The translations under genes and the position numbers were made by a program. Positions 1 to 26,198 of a stretch of 64,000 nt of DNA are shown piece by piece (position 1 is the first letter of the stretch; each line of letters starts with the position of its first letter). The stretch spans positions 17,183,045 through 17,247,044 of the forward strand of contig NC_092680.1 of the NCBI RefSeq assembly GCF_964355755.1, in the 5' to 3' direction. The notes under the pieces were generated by a model. The model had not been told where the DNA came from, did no database searches, and saw only the letters and a program-made list of their open reading frames with translations. The DNA is from Antedon mediterranea (taxonomy: Eukaryota > Animalia > Echinodermata).

Positions 1-2995
1 GGTTTCCCTTAGGAAGACCCTCTGAATCAGCCATAAAAACTCAGCTCCAACCTCAAATAACCCTGGTAAATTACCAGGAACACTAAATCGTTATAAAAAA
101 TTAGTTCAAATTGATCATGTAAAGTGTGAACACCTGTTAATTTATATTGGTGACACAAACTTAGTTATGAGCAGTGGCAGGTGGGTTGAAAGTTGGTAGT
201 AAGCCTATTTAACAAATGCTGACTCAACTCTCACAATGGTCAACAATTCAATTTAGTTTTTAGAGCTGTGTAGATATAAAATTTGGTTACATCTTCTACA
301 TTCACATTTGGTTACAACAAATACAATTTAACAATTGAGTATAATGTACATAGATTCTCAAAAAAATTTGTACTTAAAATTGTAAATAATTATTGTAGAC
401 ATTTTTATTCTCGTAGTTGATATTTCCCTTTTTTTTCCTTTGATGTATTGAAATGTTAAACTTCAATTTGTTTACGAATTGCAATAACAAAACAACATTG
501 ATTGGTTTCAATATTAGAATAAAATTAATTGTTCAGACTATTGTGTTTTGAACACAACATAACAATTTTTCATAAAAGCGTCTTCATTTCAGATTTTTTA
601 TATAGTCTACAGAATTTTATAAAAATAAATTTAGTTGAACAAAACAATTGTTGAAAAATAAAGATGAAACTATCAAACTTTTATTGAACCATTTTTTAAA
701 AATAAAGTTATTCACATTTAGGAAACAAAAAATGGTTTTGCTTATAAGAAAGACAAAATAAACAGTTAAATTTAACCAAAATCCCATTGACTTCCAGACA
801 ATGGGGTTCTGGTTGACTAATTTGACATACAAGTTTAAATAAAAGTTTTTATTAATAGGCTCAATTTTTTTTAAACTAAAGGTTAGTAATGTTGTTACAA
901 CATCAATTGCCCTTATGTAGTCTTCACCAACTTTCAATTTGTTCTGACTGGATTAACAGACAACATAACCACAATGACAGAACGCTTAAGTTTGTAAACA
1001 GTTGTATCTTATGTGGCCGAGTAATGATTACTCGATGCTGATATTGACAATAACCAACTGCATTCACGATTCTATTAAACTTAGCATGTGTTTTAGTTTT
1101 TAACTTAATTCAGGATAGCTGACAGGTACACAAGTGCAGGCTTATAGAAAGTATTTGTTGTTTAGTTTGAACCTGCCTGAGAGCGCTTTTTAAAGACATA
1201 GGGAAAAGCTAAAAATAATACCAAAGGGCCTTTCACACCTGCTCCGATCTGGCTCCGTATAAGTTTTGCATCAGGTTGTACATCAGACATTCGTTTCCAT
1301 ATGTGCATATCAAGCAAAAAGATTGGCGCATAGCCGTGTGGAGCATTGTAAAATTTGAGATGCGACGTTTTTATTTACCATAGAAATATGTAAAGATTAG
1401 GCCCACATTGATGTACCGTACATTTCTACTGAGGTCTCACACAGTTACATTATAATGTGACAAACTAGTGTGAATGAGTGGTAACTAGGTAGAAGATCAT
1501 CTATTTAACAACTTGTGTTGTATTTAAATTTGGTATAGAACTACAGAAACTCCTTAATATTGTTGAACTTTGTCTAATCTAAGATTATTTAGTTAATAAA
1601 TAAATAAAAACAGTCAATTAATGTTGTTAAAAAAGTTTGTTCACAAACAGTGCCAGGTGGGTGGGAGTAGATACTTTGAGACTTAAATCTGTGTCTACAC
1701 TATCAAACTAGTGATATGACATCATCATGTCCATATATAGGCACATCACATTTTTTTAGTCACAGCTTTTTAGTTTTCTCTACATTCAAAAGTAGAACTC
1801 CAAATAAGTGTGTTTCTTTCCAAATTATAGAGGGCAGCAGAGGGATTTTACAACGCATCTAAGACCAATTTCAATAATTTAATTAATTTATTAATTAATT
1901 AATTTAATTTATTATTTTGTGTTACTTAATGCTGTATGGTGTACTACTATATTTACTATATACAAACAAAAGAAAATCAATTCAAACAAAACATCGCATA
2001 AAGGCCTATATAAAATTTGCATAAACACAATTAAGATTTTTGCTGTGAGTCCAATGAAATTTCAAAATCAAATATGAAACAAAGAAATATGTAAATGTTA
2101 CAAAAACAAGAGATTAAATTACCTTCAATAATCAAGAAATGACTTGTGATAATCAACCCATGTAATATGATCTTCATGACTAAAACAAATGAATAAGAAA
2201 GTATGAGTGAATAATTGACTACTGATATATTTTCTAATGAAACACACATCTCATCAAACGACATCTGTTATTATATATTAACAATAGATAAATAAACTAT
2301 ACCACTACAATAAGAACAAATGAATAATCAATTTACTATCAATATATTATCTTTAATGAAACATACTGTAACCTACATCTGTTCACTTCTGATGAATTTG
2401 ACTCACCCTGTTTCTATTAGTAATAAGAGGGAGGGAACGCACTTGTTACAACTTGTAACATACAGTATTTTGATCCATCGATTTATTCAATGTTTTTATA
2501 CACACATTCGCAACCCTTTTGAAATCTCAGGAGAAGTATTGTCATTGCATAGTTGAGGGCAATATTTGATTATTATTATTAGTGCAACTTTTAAAATGAA
2601 TATAAAACGTCACGCACCGATATTTCCAAAGAGGTGCACTGTGATTGGTAAATTAAATACCTGGTTACACATTTTTGCAGATGTGAAAAGGGTTTTATTT
2701 TAGTTCCCAATTGTAATATTTATTGAAATAAATGTGTAAACAATTACTTGTCTACTTTGTTGTCTTTTGTTTTACTGTTTTTAATTATAATTGAATGTCC
2801 ATTGTAAAAGATGCTGGCTGGGATGTCCCATCGAAAGTGATTGAGTCTCTGGGTTTAGCATGTGTGATGTATGTATGTTATATATATATATATATATATT
2901 TTATCTGTATTTTATTGTTAACCGTTTTTGATGTTGTATTGTTTTATGTTTCAAACCTGTTGGTGGCGGTATTTATCGCTGTTGGTTTTGACTGA

Positions 2996-3056
2996 ATAAA
3001 ATAAAAATAAAATAAAAATAAAATAAAAATAAAATAAAAATAAAATAAAATAATAA
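2996..3056. repeat. (AAATA/AAAATA)n simple repeat
   Basis: Directly visible alternating aaata/aaaata run. Confidence 0.85.
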
Positions 3057-3734
3057 AGAAAAAAAAAACCTTTGATATTCATGTACTATTGTATAATTTC
3101 CTTTTAGAAATAATCATAAACTTTATAACACTAACCTTATTGGCAGAATTAGAACAGTAATGTAGAATAACTACAAAACATTAAATTGATGATATGTATG
3201 AATCTCAAAGGTAAAATTAATAGTAATCTTTAAGATGGGCATCATGATATCTTGTCTCCATTCACACTCCCAATGGAGGATATATCTATCTAGTGTACCT
3301 GCTTTGGGAATAACTTTACTATTACTTGCGTCTTTGTGACAACCCTCAGCCAATTAGTTTAATGTCCTAAATATAATACTTGACCAAAGTAATTAGCTTG
3401 CAATATTGGTATTAGTTGTTTGTCTATAATAACAGGCGATTAATTATTCAACAAATTATAAATGTAAATGCTTTAAATTCTTATTTTTCACAATTTAAGT
3501 ATAACTTAAACTGAAAAGACAAAAAAGAAGAACAGAATTTTTTCTGTAGATGTCATTTTCGACTACATTAAGAGTACCTATTAAGGGGATAGTTCTGGCA
3601 CCTCTAATCAGGGGACACTTTATTGGATTCTGAAGTGTCTCTTTAGAGGGATTACTGTAATGTATAGAGTAGGCCTCTGATGAATGATATTAATATTATA
3701 ATGTAGGTGTGGTTATTATATCAATTCATTCCAC

Positions 3735-4083
3735 TTAAAGATGTCTTGTCCCCCAAAAACATGAAAAATAATTAAATAAGAATTTAATAGGTTATTTTGT
3801 AGTTTTAATAAAGTTAATCACTTGAGTAGAAAAAAAAAATCGGGAAAAAATAATGTTTTCACTTATAAAATGACAAAATAAATGGTTAAATACAACCAAA
3901 AATCCATTTGCTGGCAGTCAATTTTACTATTTTTGCTTTAAATTACAGTTTTTTTAGATAAATAATTTTTTTTTTCGATCCTATTTTTTGTCAAAATGGT
4001 ATAATATTATGTGACATTAAAATGGTATATTCAACAAAAAAATTTGAAAAAAAATATTTTTTTTATTATAAATACATCTTTAA
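3735..4083. mobile_element. Non-autonomous DNA transposon (MITE) flanked by TTAA, Kolobok-like
   Basis: Structure ttaa|agatg...catct|ttaa. A second copy lies at 28568-28941 with the same internal sequence (gttattttgtagttttaataaagttaatcactt). Truncated ends occur at 12224 and 40429. Confidence 0.65.
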
Positions 4084-5516
4084 TAAGCTTTATAGTTTTC
4101 TTTCAACAATTTGTATTTAATTTCTTATGATTGTTATACTTATAATCTTTCTATACAGTATATCTATGATTCCAGGTTTAAAATAGAAACTGAACAGGAA
4201 AACAAAAATGATTGTTCTACAAAAGTTCAAACATCTGTAAATTATATACAGCAAGTATTGTGCTTGGCAAATGTTCTAATTTAAACAATACCTTTATATA
4301 ATTGTCCGCTTGAACCCATTTTGTGACAAATTGTTAAATAATGATGATTTAGTATTTTTACTCATATTTGAAACTACTTTCACAGGTTCAGGAATACACT
4401 AAATTATACAAAATGACTGGAGAAACTATAAAAGATCATTTATTACCAGTAACTCTGCTTTAATCACATAAAAATAATTGATCAAATATCACAATTTAAA
4501 ACAAAGTATTAAATGTCTATACAATTCCACCTGGGAATTTATCTTAAATTTATATTAGTGTTATCAAAATGCACTTTATTTAGGCTAAATGCAATTAGGA
4601 TTTTTTTATTAATGGCAACAGGGGGAACGTTCAGGAGGCCATTGAGGTAAGTGGGATTGAAATTACTGAAAAATATTATACATAGAGGCTGTGTGCATTG
4701 AGTGCATAAGGCGTATTACTACTATTAGAACCCCTCTAGGGAGATTTCCCTGGGACACCATTATTCAAGCGATACCCATATTAAGGGAGTACTTTCCCAC
4801 ATGGAATGCCAATGAGAGAAAATAGTGTTCTAACACTATGGCCTACTATTCAGGAGACACCTTTACTAAAGGGATACATGTTTAGGTCCTGAAGGTGTCC
4901 CCTTATATACAGTACTAAAGAAATAGTCACAACGCTAATAGTTATACCTATAAAGGCTTAAAAATTAATTTTGTCATCATTTTTGCTTATTTTTAAACTA
5001 GAACTTTTGCCTTTGAAAATGTAATCCAGACAAACAAAAGGATAAGTTGAAATAAAATAACATTTTAAATCAAATGTTTTGGTCCAAATTAGCTGATAAG
5101 GTGGTTCTTTTGATGCCCGAAAGAGTGTTAAATAATTTGTCACATCCAGAGTTATTATGCAATAATTCAAACATATTTTAAAAGATTTGTTTATGAGGGG
5201 AAGTCAGTAGAGCATTATTTTGTGCATTTACATGAATTTCAATATCTCATTCTTTCCTTTGAAGTAATCACAACCAATTCTACTACCTTAAAATAACCTT
5301 TAGGACAAATTGAATCAATGTTGCTCCAGAAAACATGAACTGTGACTTAATTTCAAGAGGATATCAACCAACAGAAATACAGCAAAACATCTTGCTTGTA
5401 TTAATTAGCAGTAATGAATTCAAACTGTAACATGGCTCAGAAAGATTTGTCAAACACACAAGATAGTTTATTTGTGATGAAAAACAAAGTTAGTACACAC
5501 AGTTGGATTTTGCAAT

Positions 5517-5660
5517 TAAAGCTCTGTCTACACTATCAAACTAGTTTGACAAAAAAGTGTGACATGCCTAAATATGGAAGTGATATGCTCAAATATGGTA
5601 GTCATATGACATCATCACATTTTTTTGTCACATAACGTTTGATAGTGTAGGCAAGGCTTC
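5517..5660. mobile_element. MITE family with TIR agctctgtctacactatcaaact (PIF/Harbinger-like)
   Basis: Terminal inverted repeats with TAA/TTA flanks. Other copies at ~1683-1770 (partial), 16887-17021, 21181-21341, 27098-27209 (partial) and 29785-29930. Confidence 0.75.
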
Positions 5661-5689
5661 AGGAATCTCAAGAAATAGAAATGTTTTTC

Positions 5690-6210
5690 TTAGAACAATG
5701 CTCTTTTATATCTAGTATCCATTCATCATTGTTTATGAGAAACAATGCTCTTCTATAGCTAGTTTATATATCCCACCCACTCAGAACCCTGCTATTGTTT
5801 TAGTAGCTTTCACACTAGTCCCATTCAATTTCTCTTACTTTCTGCATTCTAACTTCTGAGGACTATCGCTATATTAAACGAAACATTGAAAATCTTTTCA
5901 GAACTATGGGATACCACAAACAAGAATGTCAAGTTGAAAATGCTGAGAGAATCTAGACAGAAAAAGAGTTCAAGAGAGCAAACGATATAGTTACTGGTTT
6001 TGTTTTTAAACCCATCCCAACACTATGCCAATACCCAAACATGTTACCCATTTCAAGAATCATTTCAACTATGACCAAAGAAAGTTTTTACATTCGTACG
6101 AGACGAAATCTAGCACCCACCTTATATCACTGACTTAAGATATATCGGAAACTACCTCTCTATTGATCAAGATACACCAAGCACAAATTAAATCATCCAG
6201 AACCTAAATA
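5690..6210 (+). mobile_element. Highly degenerate Penelope-like element fragment
   Basis: Broken frames read SHPLRT...SEDYRYIKRNIENLFRTMGY...RIISTMTKESFYIR...ET. This resembles the PLE RT-thumb/linker leading into GIY-YIG. Many stops and frameshifts. Confidence 0.35.
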
Positions 6211-7473
6211 TTTTAAAAGCAACACATTACTAGAGAGGCCGAAAAAAAATGGAAAGAAAGTAATTTTTTAAATCATCATTTCATTTTGTAAATGGGTGTT
6301 TATTCGAGCAAGATAATTGGTAAACTATAACAATTCCATTAGGCTTGACTACGATATTTACATTATTGTTCCATTAACAATTCTAATTATTTTATTGAAA
6401 TGTCCTTGCATAGAAAACTACAAATTAACAATGATAACAAATTTATGTTATTATTACTAATTAACTTTGTCACCAACTTAATGATTATCAAGTAATTCTC
6501 TTTTTGCTTTCCCCCAAAGAATACTGTTTAATTTTGTATAAATGATTTTAGGAGACACTTTCTTGGGGGTTAGGTTGTATAATTGATCTCTTGGGGGGTT
6601 AATAAGAGTTGTGTATGTTTAGGGTTTTAGGTAATAATTTGAAATGTATTTCATGGATCATTAATATGTCATAACTCTGGTTCCATGCAAATTTTATTGT
6701 CTAGACGGGATTAATAGTCATGTTAATACTTTATTATATGTAAATTTCGTGTGAAGGATGAAATAGTTTATCTGTATCTAGTCAAATTAATCCTTTCGAT
6801 TTCAGAACAATACAATGGATAGGGCTAGAGCGTGCCAAGACCAATTCATACTTGATTAAATATCGTACTGCAGGTCATAAATGCGGTCTGTTTACACCGA
6901 GGACGATCAAAGTAATCAAAACTTTGAGAAACTCAAATGTTCGCCATGCAAAACTTCGAGCAATATAATACACATCACATTATAACATTATGTAATAATA
7001 TTATTTGATCAAGTTAGATCAATTCAAGATTTACACCTTCAGAAAATACTCTAATCAGAAAAAAAAACAATCTAGGTCTACAAGTCTGCCATCATTGGGC
7101 TATATTATTATTATTAGGCCTAGTACTAATATTTATAATTAGTAGGAAGCCCTTGCCTCCGTAACTGCTGGTGGTCCGGCGAAGGATACTAATATCGGGT
7201 CTGGGTGGTATGCTTACCCAACCTGCCTGAGCTAAGAGAGGTTTGGCTACTTACCATCGACAAAAAAGAGGTCTGCACTCAGAGGCTAGTAAGTAGGCTC
7301 TAGGCCTAGGCCTAGACCTATCTAGCTACAGGGGTCTAAATAAGTTTCTCTGTCTTGAGATGTTCTTGAGTCTTATGTAGATTAAAATGTTATATTGAAT
7401 ATAATTACATTTATTTTATCTACTATCCTAGCTTCAACAAATTGGCTGAACCACATCGGCCAGGCCTACTTAC

Positions 7474-7680
7474 GGGACATCCCTACTTTACCACCGCGCC
7501 TAAGCCAAGTACTTTATAGTCTGCAACATGCTGCACACTCAGCTCTCACGCACTACTGATCATCCAATCACCAACCGTTTATGAATATGCATTAACAAGT
7601 TCGGACCAATCAAAAATAGTTTTGTATTTTTTGTCTTTTCCGCGCAATAAAATACGTACCGTATCTACTTTTGAATTTAA
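7474..7680 (-). promoter_or_regulatory. Probable promoter and first exon of a leftward gene whose other exons were not found in the window
   Basis: On the minus strand a GC-richer segment ends ATGTCCC|gtaagt (donor after 7474). Two CCAAT boxes (7564, 7606), E2F-like TTTCCGCGC (~7637) and TTTGAA (7670). An AGGCCT/CTAG tract follows in the putative intron, as at the other promoters here. Confidence 0.4.
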
Positions 7681-8247
7681 TATACAAATCAGTGTGGTCA
7701 TCAGCGTAAAGTAACTGAATAGTTTCTAATCTATCATGTTTTATTCAAATAAATAATTTTAGTTGAAATAAATATAATACAGAGGCGTGTGTGAAAAGTA
7801 TTTGAAAAAAACAATTTTGAAAATACAGCTGCTACATCCCCAGAAATCGCACTTATTAATCAAATATGAAATATTATAAGTCTCCAATACTAGCCCACGA
7901 TGGTTGAGGCAGAGTTAAGACAGTTTTGAAAAATAGAGCTGCTAGATGTCCAGGGAAATTGAACTTGTACTTTGAAATATGGTAGTGGTACTGGTAGAAA
8001 ACGTACGTCACTGATGTAAAGCTAATAACTAAACAAAAAAAGTTGCAGGCTGAGAAAATTCATATTTTTGACAGGACTCTGTATGGAATAATCTGCCTTG
8101 GATGCCATTGCATGCCAAGTTGCCAATTCAAGTGTTCAGGTTTGACTTATTATAGCAACAAATAACACACGACACAGTAAGTATCATCATGTAATTGGCA
8201 TTTAGCAATATTACAAGTTTGAAATTGTTCATCTGGTTTGAAGATGT

Positions 8248-8470
8248 TATTTTAAAATTCTATTTTGACAAACCAAAATTAGTTACTGACCTGACTGACA
8301 ATTTTAGTGCTCATTTCACGAGCACTTTCTTTAGAGTGACAACTATATTGATGGTTAGCAATAATAATTAGCTTAACAATATAGTCGTCACTATGCTCGG
8401 GAAATAAGCACTAAAAACATCAGTCAGGTCAGTAACTAATCTTGGTTTGTTAAAATAGAATTTTAAAATA
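8248..8470. mobile_element. Foldback/hairpin MITE (~220 bp palindrome)
   Basis: tattttaaaattctattttgacaaaccaaaattagttactgacctgactga is mirrored by tcagtcaggtcagtaactaatcttggtttgttaaaatagaattttaaaata. Confidence 0.75.
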
Positions 8471-9551
8471 TCACAAGTTGTAACAAATTACTGATGAGTT
8501 GCCTAAAATATGCACTGTAATAACATTTATCTGTAATAAGTCAAATAAAAAAAAACACATTTTAATTAAACAACAAATAATAGAAATGCATAAAAGAAAT
8601 ACTTTTATTCCAAATATCACGAACTTTATCTTAGCAAAATATTACATCTTCAAATGACTTTGAGTAGACACCTGTGTTTGTTATGTTTTCTTAGGCTTAT
8701 GTGGTATTTTTTTGTAGTGTACAGAATACACATTTAATTACTAAGGTAAACTTGATTAATTTTCAATTAAAATGTATATAAATAACATTAATATATTTCA
8801 ATAATAACATTAACTATAGCAATAACACTAATAGCAATAACAATAATAATTATAATAAAGATTTTTAGAGCGCACTTTGCCACCGATGGTGCTTAAGGCT
8901 CTTATATAAATAAGCAATATAAAATGAATGATTGTCTATCTGAAAAAAAAATCAATTTAAAAATCAGTTTGAAATGGTAAGCTTTGTGATCATGAATTAT
9001 ATAGAATAATAAAGTATCAATTTTTCTTCACACACAAATTATTGTTTAATTAAATTAAATGTGATATAAAAATGTCTGTGTTAAATACTTCACATGAACA
9101 CATGATATTCACAATAAACCAATTTTATTATAACTGATATTCATATACAACTCCATTCAATAAATTATATAAATTGGTGGTTTACAGGGTTTTTTATTAT
9201 TTGTGTTGATGTCTTCTGCAGGGTCATGCGTTTATAGTGTGCAGGCTCAAGCTGCTTTACTGTCTATTTCAGTTGTAGCAACCTTACCAATTTTGGCTTC
9301 ACTTGCTTCAGTTTCATTTTGCAGCTTCATAAATCTATTGAAGATGTAAGAGCAACCCAAGTCTTTGCTATACATGCTACAACTTCATTTGTGCACTTTT
9401 ACAATCATAATCTATTGCCTAAAGTCATAGCAACCTTCCAAATTGTTGCTGTTCTTGTGACACAACTTAATTTCAGCTTCATTCAAGTTGTAGCCAACGT
9501 TGGTCTTGTAATTTAAATCCTCTTCTCTATCCTATCTTTCAATGAATGTTC

Positions 9552-23054
<13,503 letters not shown>

Positions 23055-23507
23055 GATAGTTTTTCAAATGAAACAACAAAGTGATGTAGGCCCACTACAC
23101 ACAACAAATGACAATAATAATGTCCTTATTATCTCATTTTGACTAAATCAACTTCTTCAATATCAAATCTTGAACTTGCATCTTTTACGGCCTAAAAAAA
23201 TAAAGAGAAAAAACAACCCTGCTCTAAGGTGTAACACATATTTCTGTTTCGAACTAGTCTAGGCCTAGGCTAGATCTATTATTTTTATTTATTATATGTG
23301 GGTATAGGATATTATAATAATATTAGGCCTATACTTCCTGGCAGAATTCCGAAGACCTGGTGGTATTCACAATAAAGTGAGTTAACAAATTTAGAGTCGA
23401 AATGCAAGACGGAACTAGCGCAACTAGCCTAGGCTTCATATTACACTGTAGCGACTACCGGTCGCTTATTGGTGGCAATATGTAGCCTACAGACAGCTGC
23501 TGCTAGG

Positions 23508-24548
23508 GGGAACAGACGATTGGTACCACGGACGATCAGGCCAAAGCCGATTGTCTTATGTGTTGGGCCCGATCGTCTTACCAGTTGGTCCGGATAGTCC
23601 AGTATTTTCAGAACCATATTGGGCCCGATCGTCTTACCAGTTGGTCCCGATCGTCTAAGCGTTTGGCCCGATAGTCTTTTGTGTTATATAAAATAATGTG
23701 CCACATTTCATTCCTAGTGTTTAGTGTCAACATGCTTTTCTTGCGTAAATTAAGATTTTAATTAAAAAGGTAAATTAGATTTTTCTGATTTTATCATAAT
23801 TTTCTCCTAATTAACACTACTGGTTTTAAGAATTTCTTACCAAATACTCTCGATTTATGAATAAATTAATTGATTTTGATTGTTATTATTGTGTTGTATG
23901 TAGACCTATTAATTTTTGCTCTATACAGTGTGATATATAATGCACTTCTCAATTATATGACCCACTATTACAAATAATTACTGACGCAGGGTTGCGTCAA
24001 ACAACCTAGAAGGTATGTCACATCAATGAACAATAGTGTGTCATTGTCCGTCACTTTACCACTCAAATATCATAAACAACATGGTCACAGTTCGTAAAAA
24101 TGGGTGCATCATGGTCACCTAAAAGGTAAGTCACATTTTTGACGCACAGGTGTGTCCTGGTATTTATAAGTATAAACTATAATGTATGACGCAAATCTGC
24201 CAAATGACGCACCTCTCCCGGGGGTCGTATAGTGGGTCATACAATTGACAAGTGCATAACTTGACTTCTCTCTCGCGACAAAATTAATACTAATAGCACA
24301 TGCGTGAAACCGGATTCAGTAATACATATTTTCATGTATTTAACTTTTAAAATCCAATAATTAATTTTCCGAGAATGTTTTGCCCCAAAACATTCTCTGG
24401 GGCTGATCGTGTTATTCATACATTATTGGGTCCGATCATGGAGTATTACTCCATGGTCCGATCGTCTGTGGAGTGTGGTCCCAATCGTTTTTCACGAACC
24501 CGATCGTCTCAAGATTTGGGCCCGATCGTCTTGAAGTGACTGATAACC
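23508..24548. mobile_element. Putative DNA transposon with subterminal gggcccgatcgtct repeats
   Basis: Clusters of ggcccgatcgtctt at both ends, and the 8-bp direct repeat ctgctagg at 23500-23507 and 24549-24556. It contains a second repeat (~23950-24250) shared with 22605-22855 and 35140-35320. Confidence 0.5.
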
Positions 24549-24806
24549 CTGCTAGGCCCTTGGCCTCTACTTTAGCCTAGCTGCTAGGCCTAGGCCTAGG
24601 TAGACAAGGTAGACAAGGTAGCCTTGGCCTAGCTGGTCTAGGCCTAGCTAGCTAGGCCAGGCTAGCTAGGTAGGCCTAGGCCTAGCCTCTAGCTAGTTAG
24701 GGTTAGGCCCTCAACGACCTCAGCTCAGGGATGAACCGGTTTAATTAGAAATTACGATTACTATAACTTAACCCTACACACACTTAATGTCTGAAATATA
24801 AATTAC

Positions 24807-25274
24807 CTTCTGTTATCTATAGATGTTATAGATTATTCAATAAATAATATATAAAAACTGAATCGTATCGACGTGTCCTCACCGCCGTCGTCGTTTTTCG
24901 TTTTCATCGATGGGACACCTTTTTCCATGCACTTTGTAAACGTATTATGCGTCATCATATGAACAATGCGTCATCAAAGTTTTATGTCATTAATGAAATT
25001 GGGTTTTACATGTTTTCTTGGAAAGGTACTACCAATTCTACTGCTTTACTTTCATTTCATTTTTGAATGTTTAATTCTTGTGTGAGATGGGTGATGGAAT
25101 TGTCCTGCCAAAATTCATGTTCCACGCGTCGCCAACACACACAGCACATGCACACGTCACAAACCATCGGGAAAAAGTACAGAAAATGATTAACAGAGAG
25201 AGGGCGCTCCAAAAATTAAATAACAAAAAGTAACTAAAATACCGGTCAACCTCAGATCAAAATCAATGAATATA
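24807..25274. promoter_or_regulatory. Bidirectional promoter region shared by SLC30A5 (non-coding exon 1) and MRPS36
   Basis: Minus-strand donors at 24807 (gtaatt) and 24883 (gtgagg). CpG-richer DNA, two TGCGTCA CRE/AP1-like motifs (~24948, ~24967), and the MRPS36 ATG about 400 bp away on the plus strand. Confidence 0.55.
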
Positions 25275-26198
25275 ATGTCTTCTACTGGAAGAATGATCAC
25301 TGTAAGTTTCTAATTTTTATGTTTTACAGTATAAGTATAAGTACAGAATAATGATTCTGGATTAAAAGGCCCATATAGATAGTTAGTAGGGCCACCTCCT
25401 ATAGCTAGAGGTAGCCTCTTATTAATTAGCTTTATTTAGACAGACGAGTACTAGTAGTGGGCTATAGGTCTATATAAGACCTGGCCTAGTAGGCCTAGAT
25501 TATAGTAGCCCTAGTAGTAGTAAGTATGTTAGCATGGACCTCTACTTTCTACTAGCCTAGCTAGCTAGACCAGCAAACAGGAGACCAACCCTCTCTGCAG
25601 AATACCATGCGAAGAAAGTTATATTAATTAATTGAATAATTATTAGTATATTACTTATCTTTTCAGAAACTCAAACCGCACATACCCATGATAAAATTCA
25701 GGTCTGGCAAGAATCTTATTAGTAAGTACACTGTGAAATGCTACAAAGGATTAAACATCAAGGTCATTGATTCTATATCACAAAAGTTAATAACTTGTTA
25801 TTGCTATTCTCATTGTAGGTGCTCAAAAACCAGTTGCAGTTGCCTCAAATTTAACAACAAATAAACCGAGTACAGCAAGCAGTAAGCCAAGGGGGCCAGT
25901 TATAGACCTTAGTCAACTACCATTTAAATTTAGGAGAGCGGAAATTGATGTTAATGAAATGGAATATATAATGGTAAGCAGCCTATGTAAATGGTCCTCA
26001 ATACCCCTCTTAACATTTTTGTAGATAGTTTTCAGAAAGTTTGATTTTGAGACAATTTTCAGTTTTCAAGTTTGTGAAAGTTGCAGTAAATTTATTAATT
26101 ACTGTTTTATGGCTTAATTGTGATGAATAATAATATTGGCTGTTAAATCATCCTCGTATTATTTTTATTTTTTCCAGAGAGGTGGACCAGATTTATGA
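25275..26198 (+). CDS. MRPS36: MRPS36/KGD4, adaptor subunit of the mitochondrial 2-oxoglutarate dehydrogenase complex, ~85 aa
   Basis: Exons 25275-25301, 25667-25721, 25819-25973, 26178-26198 give MSSTGRMITKLKPHIPMIKFR...LPFKFRRAEIDVNEMEYIMRGGPDL*. The family motifs KPHxPxIKF and LPxxxRR...EMEYIxRGGP are present. An in-frame upstream ATG lies at 25266. Confidence 0.92.

Noticed and set aside
7138-7202. Possible HDV-like ribozyme (attagtag/ctgctggt pairing, cctccgt loop, tcc-ggcgaa-gga hairpin, actaa)
   Set aside because: P3/L3 and P2 registers do not fit the canonical fold and P1 needs several G-U pairs. At best it is a decayed retroelement 5' end.
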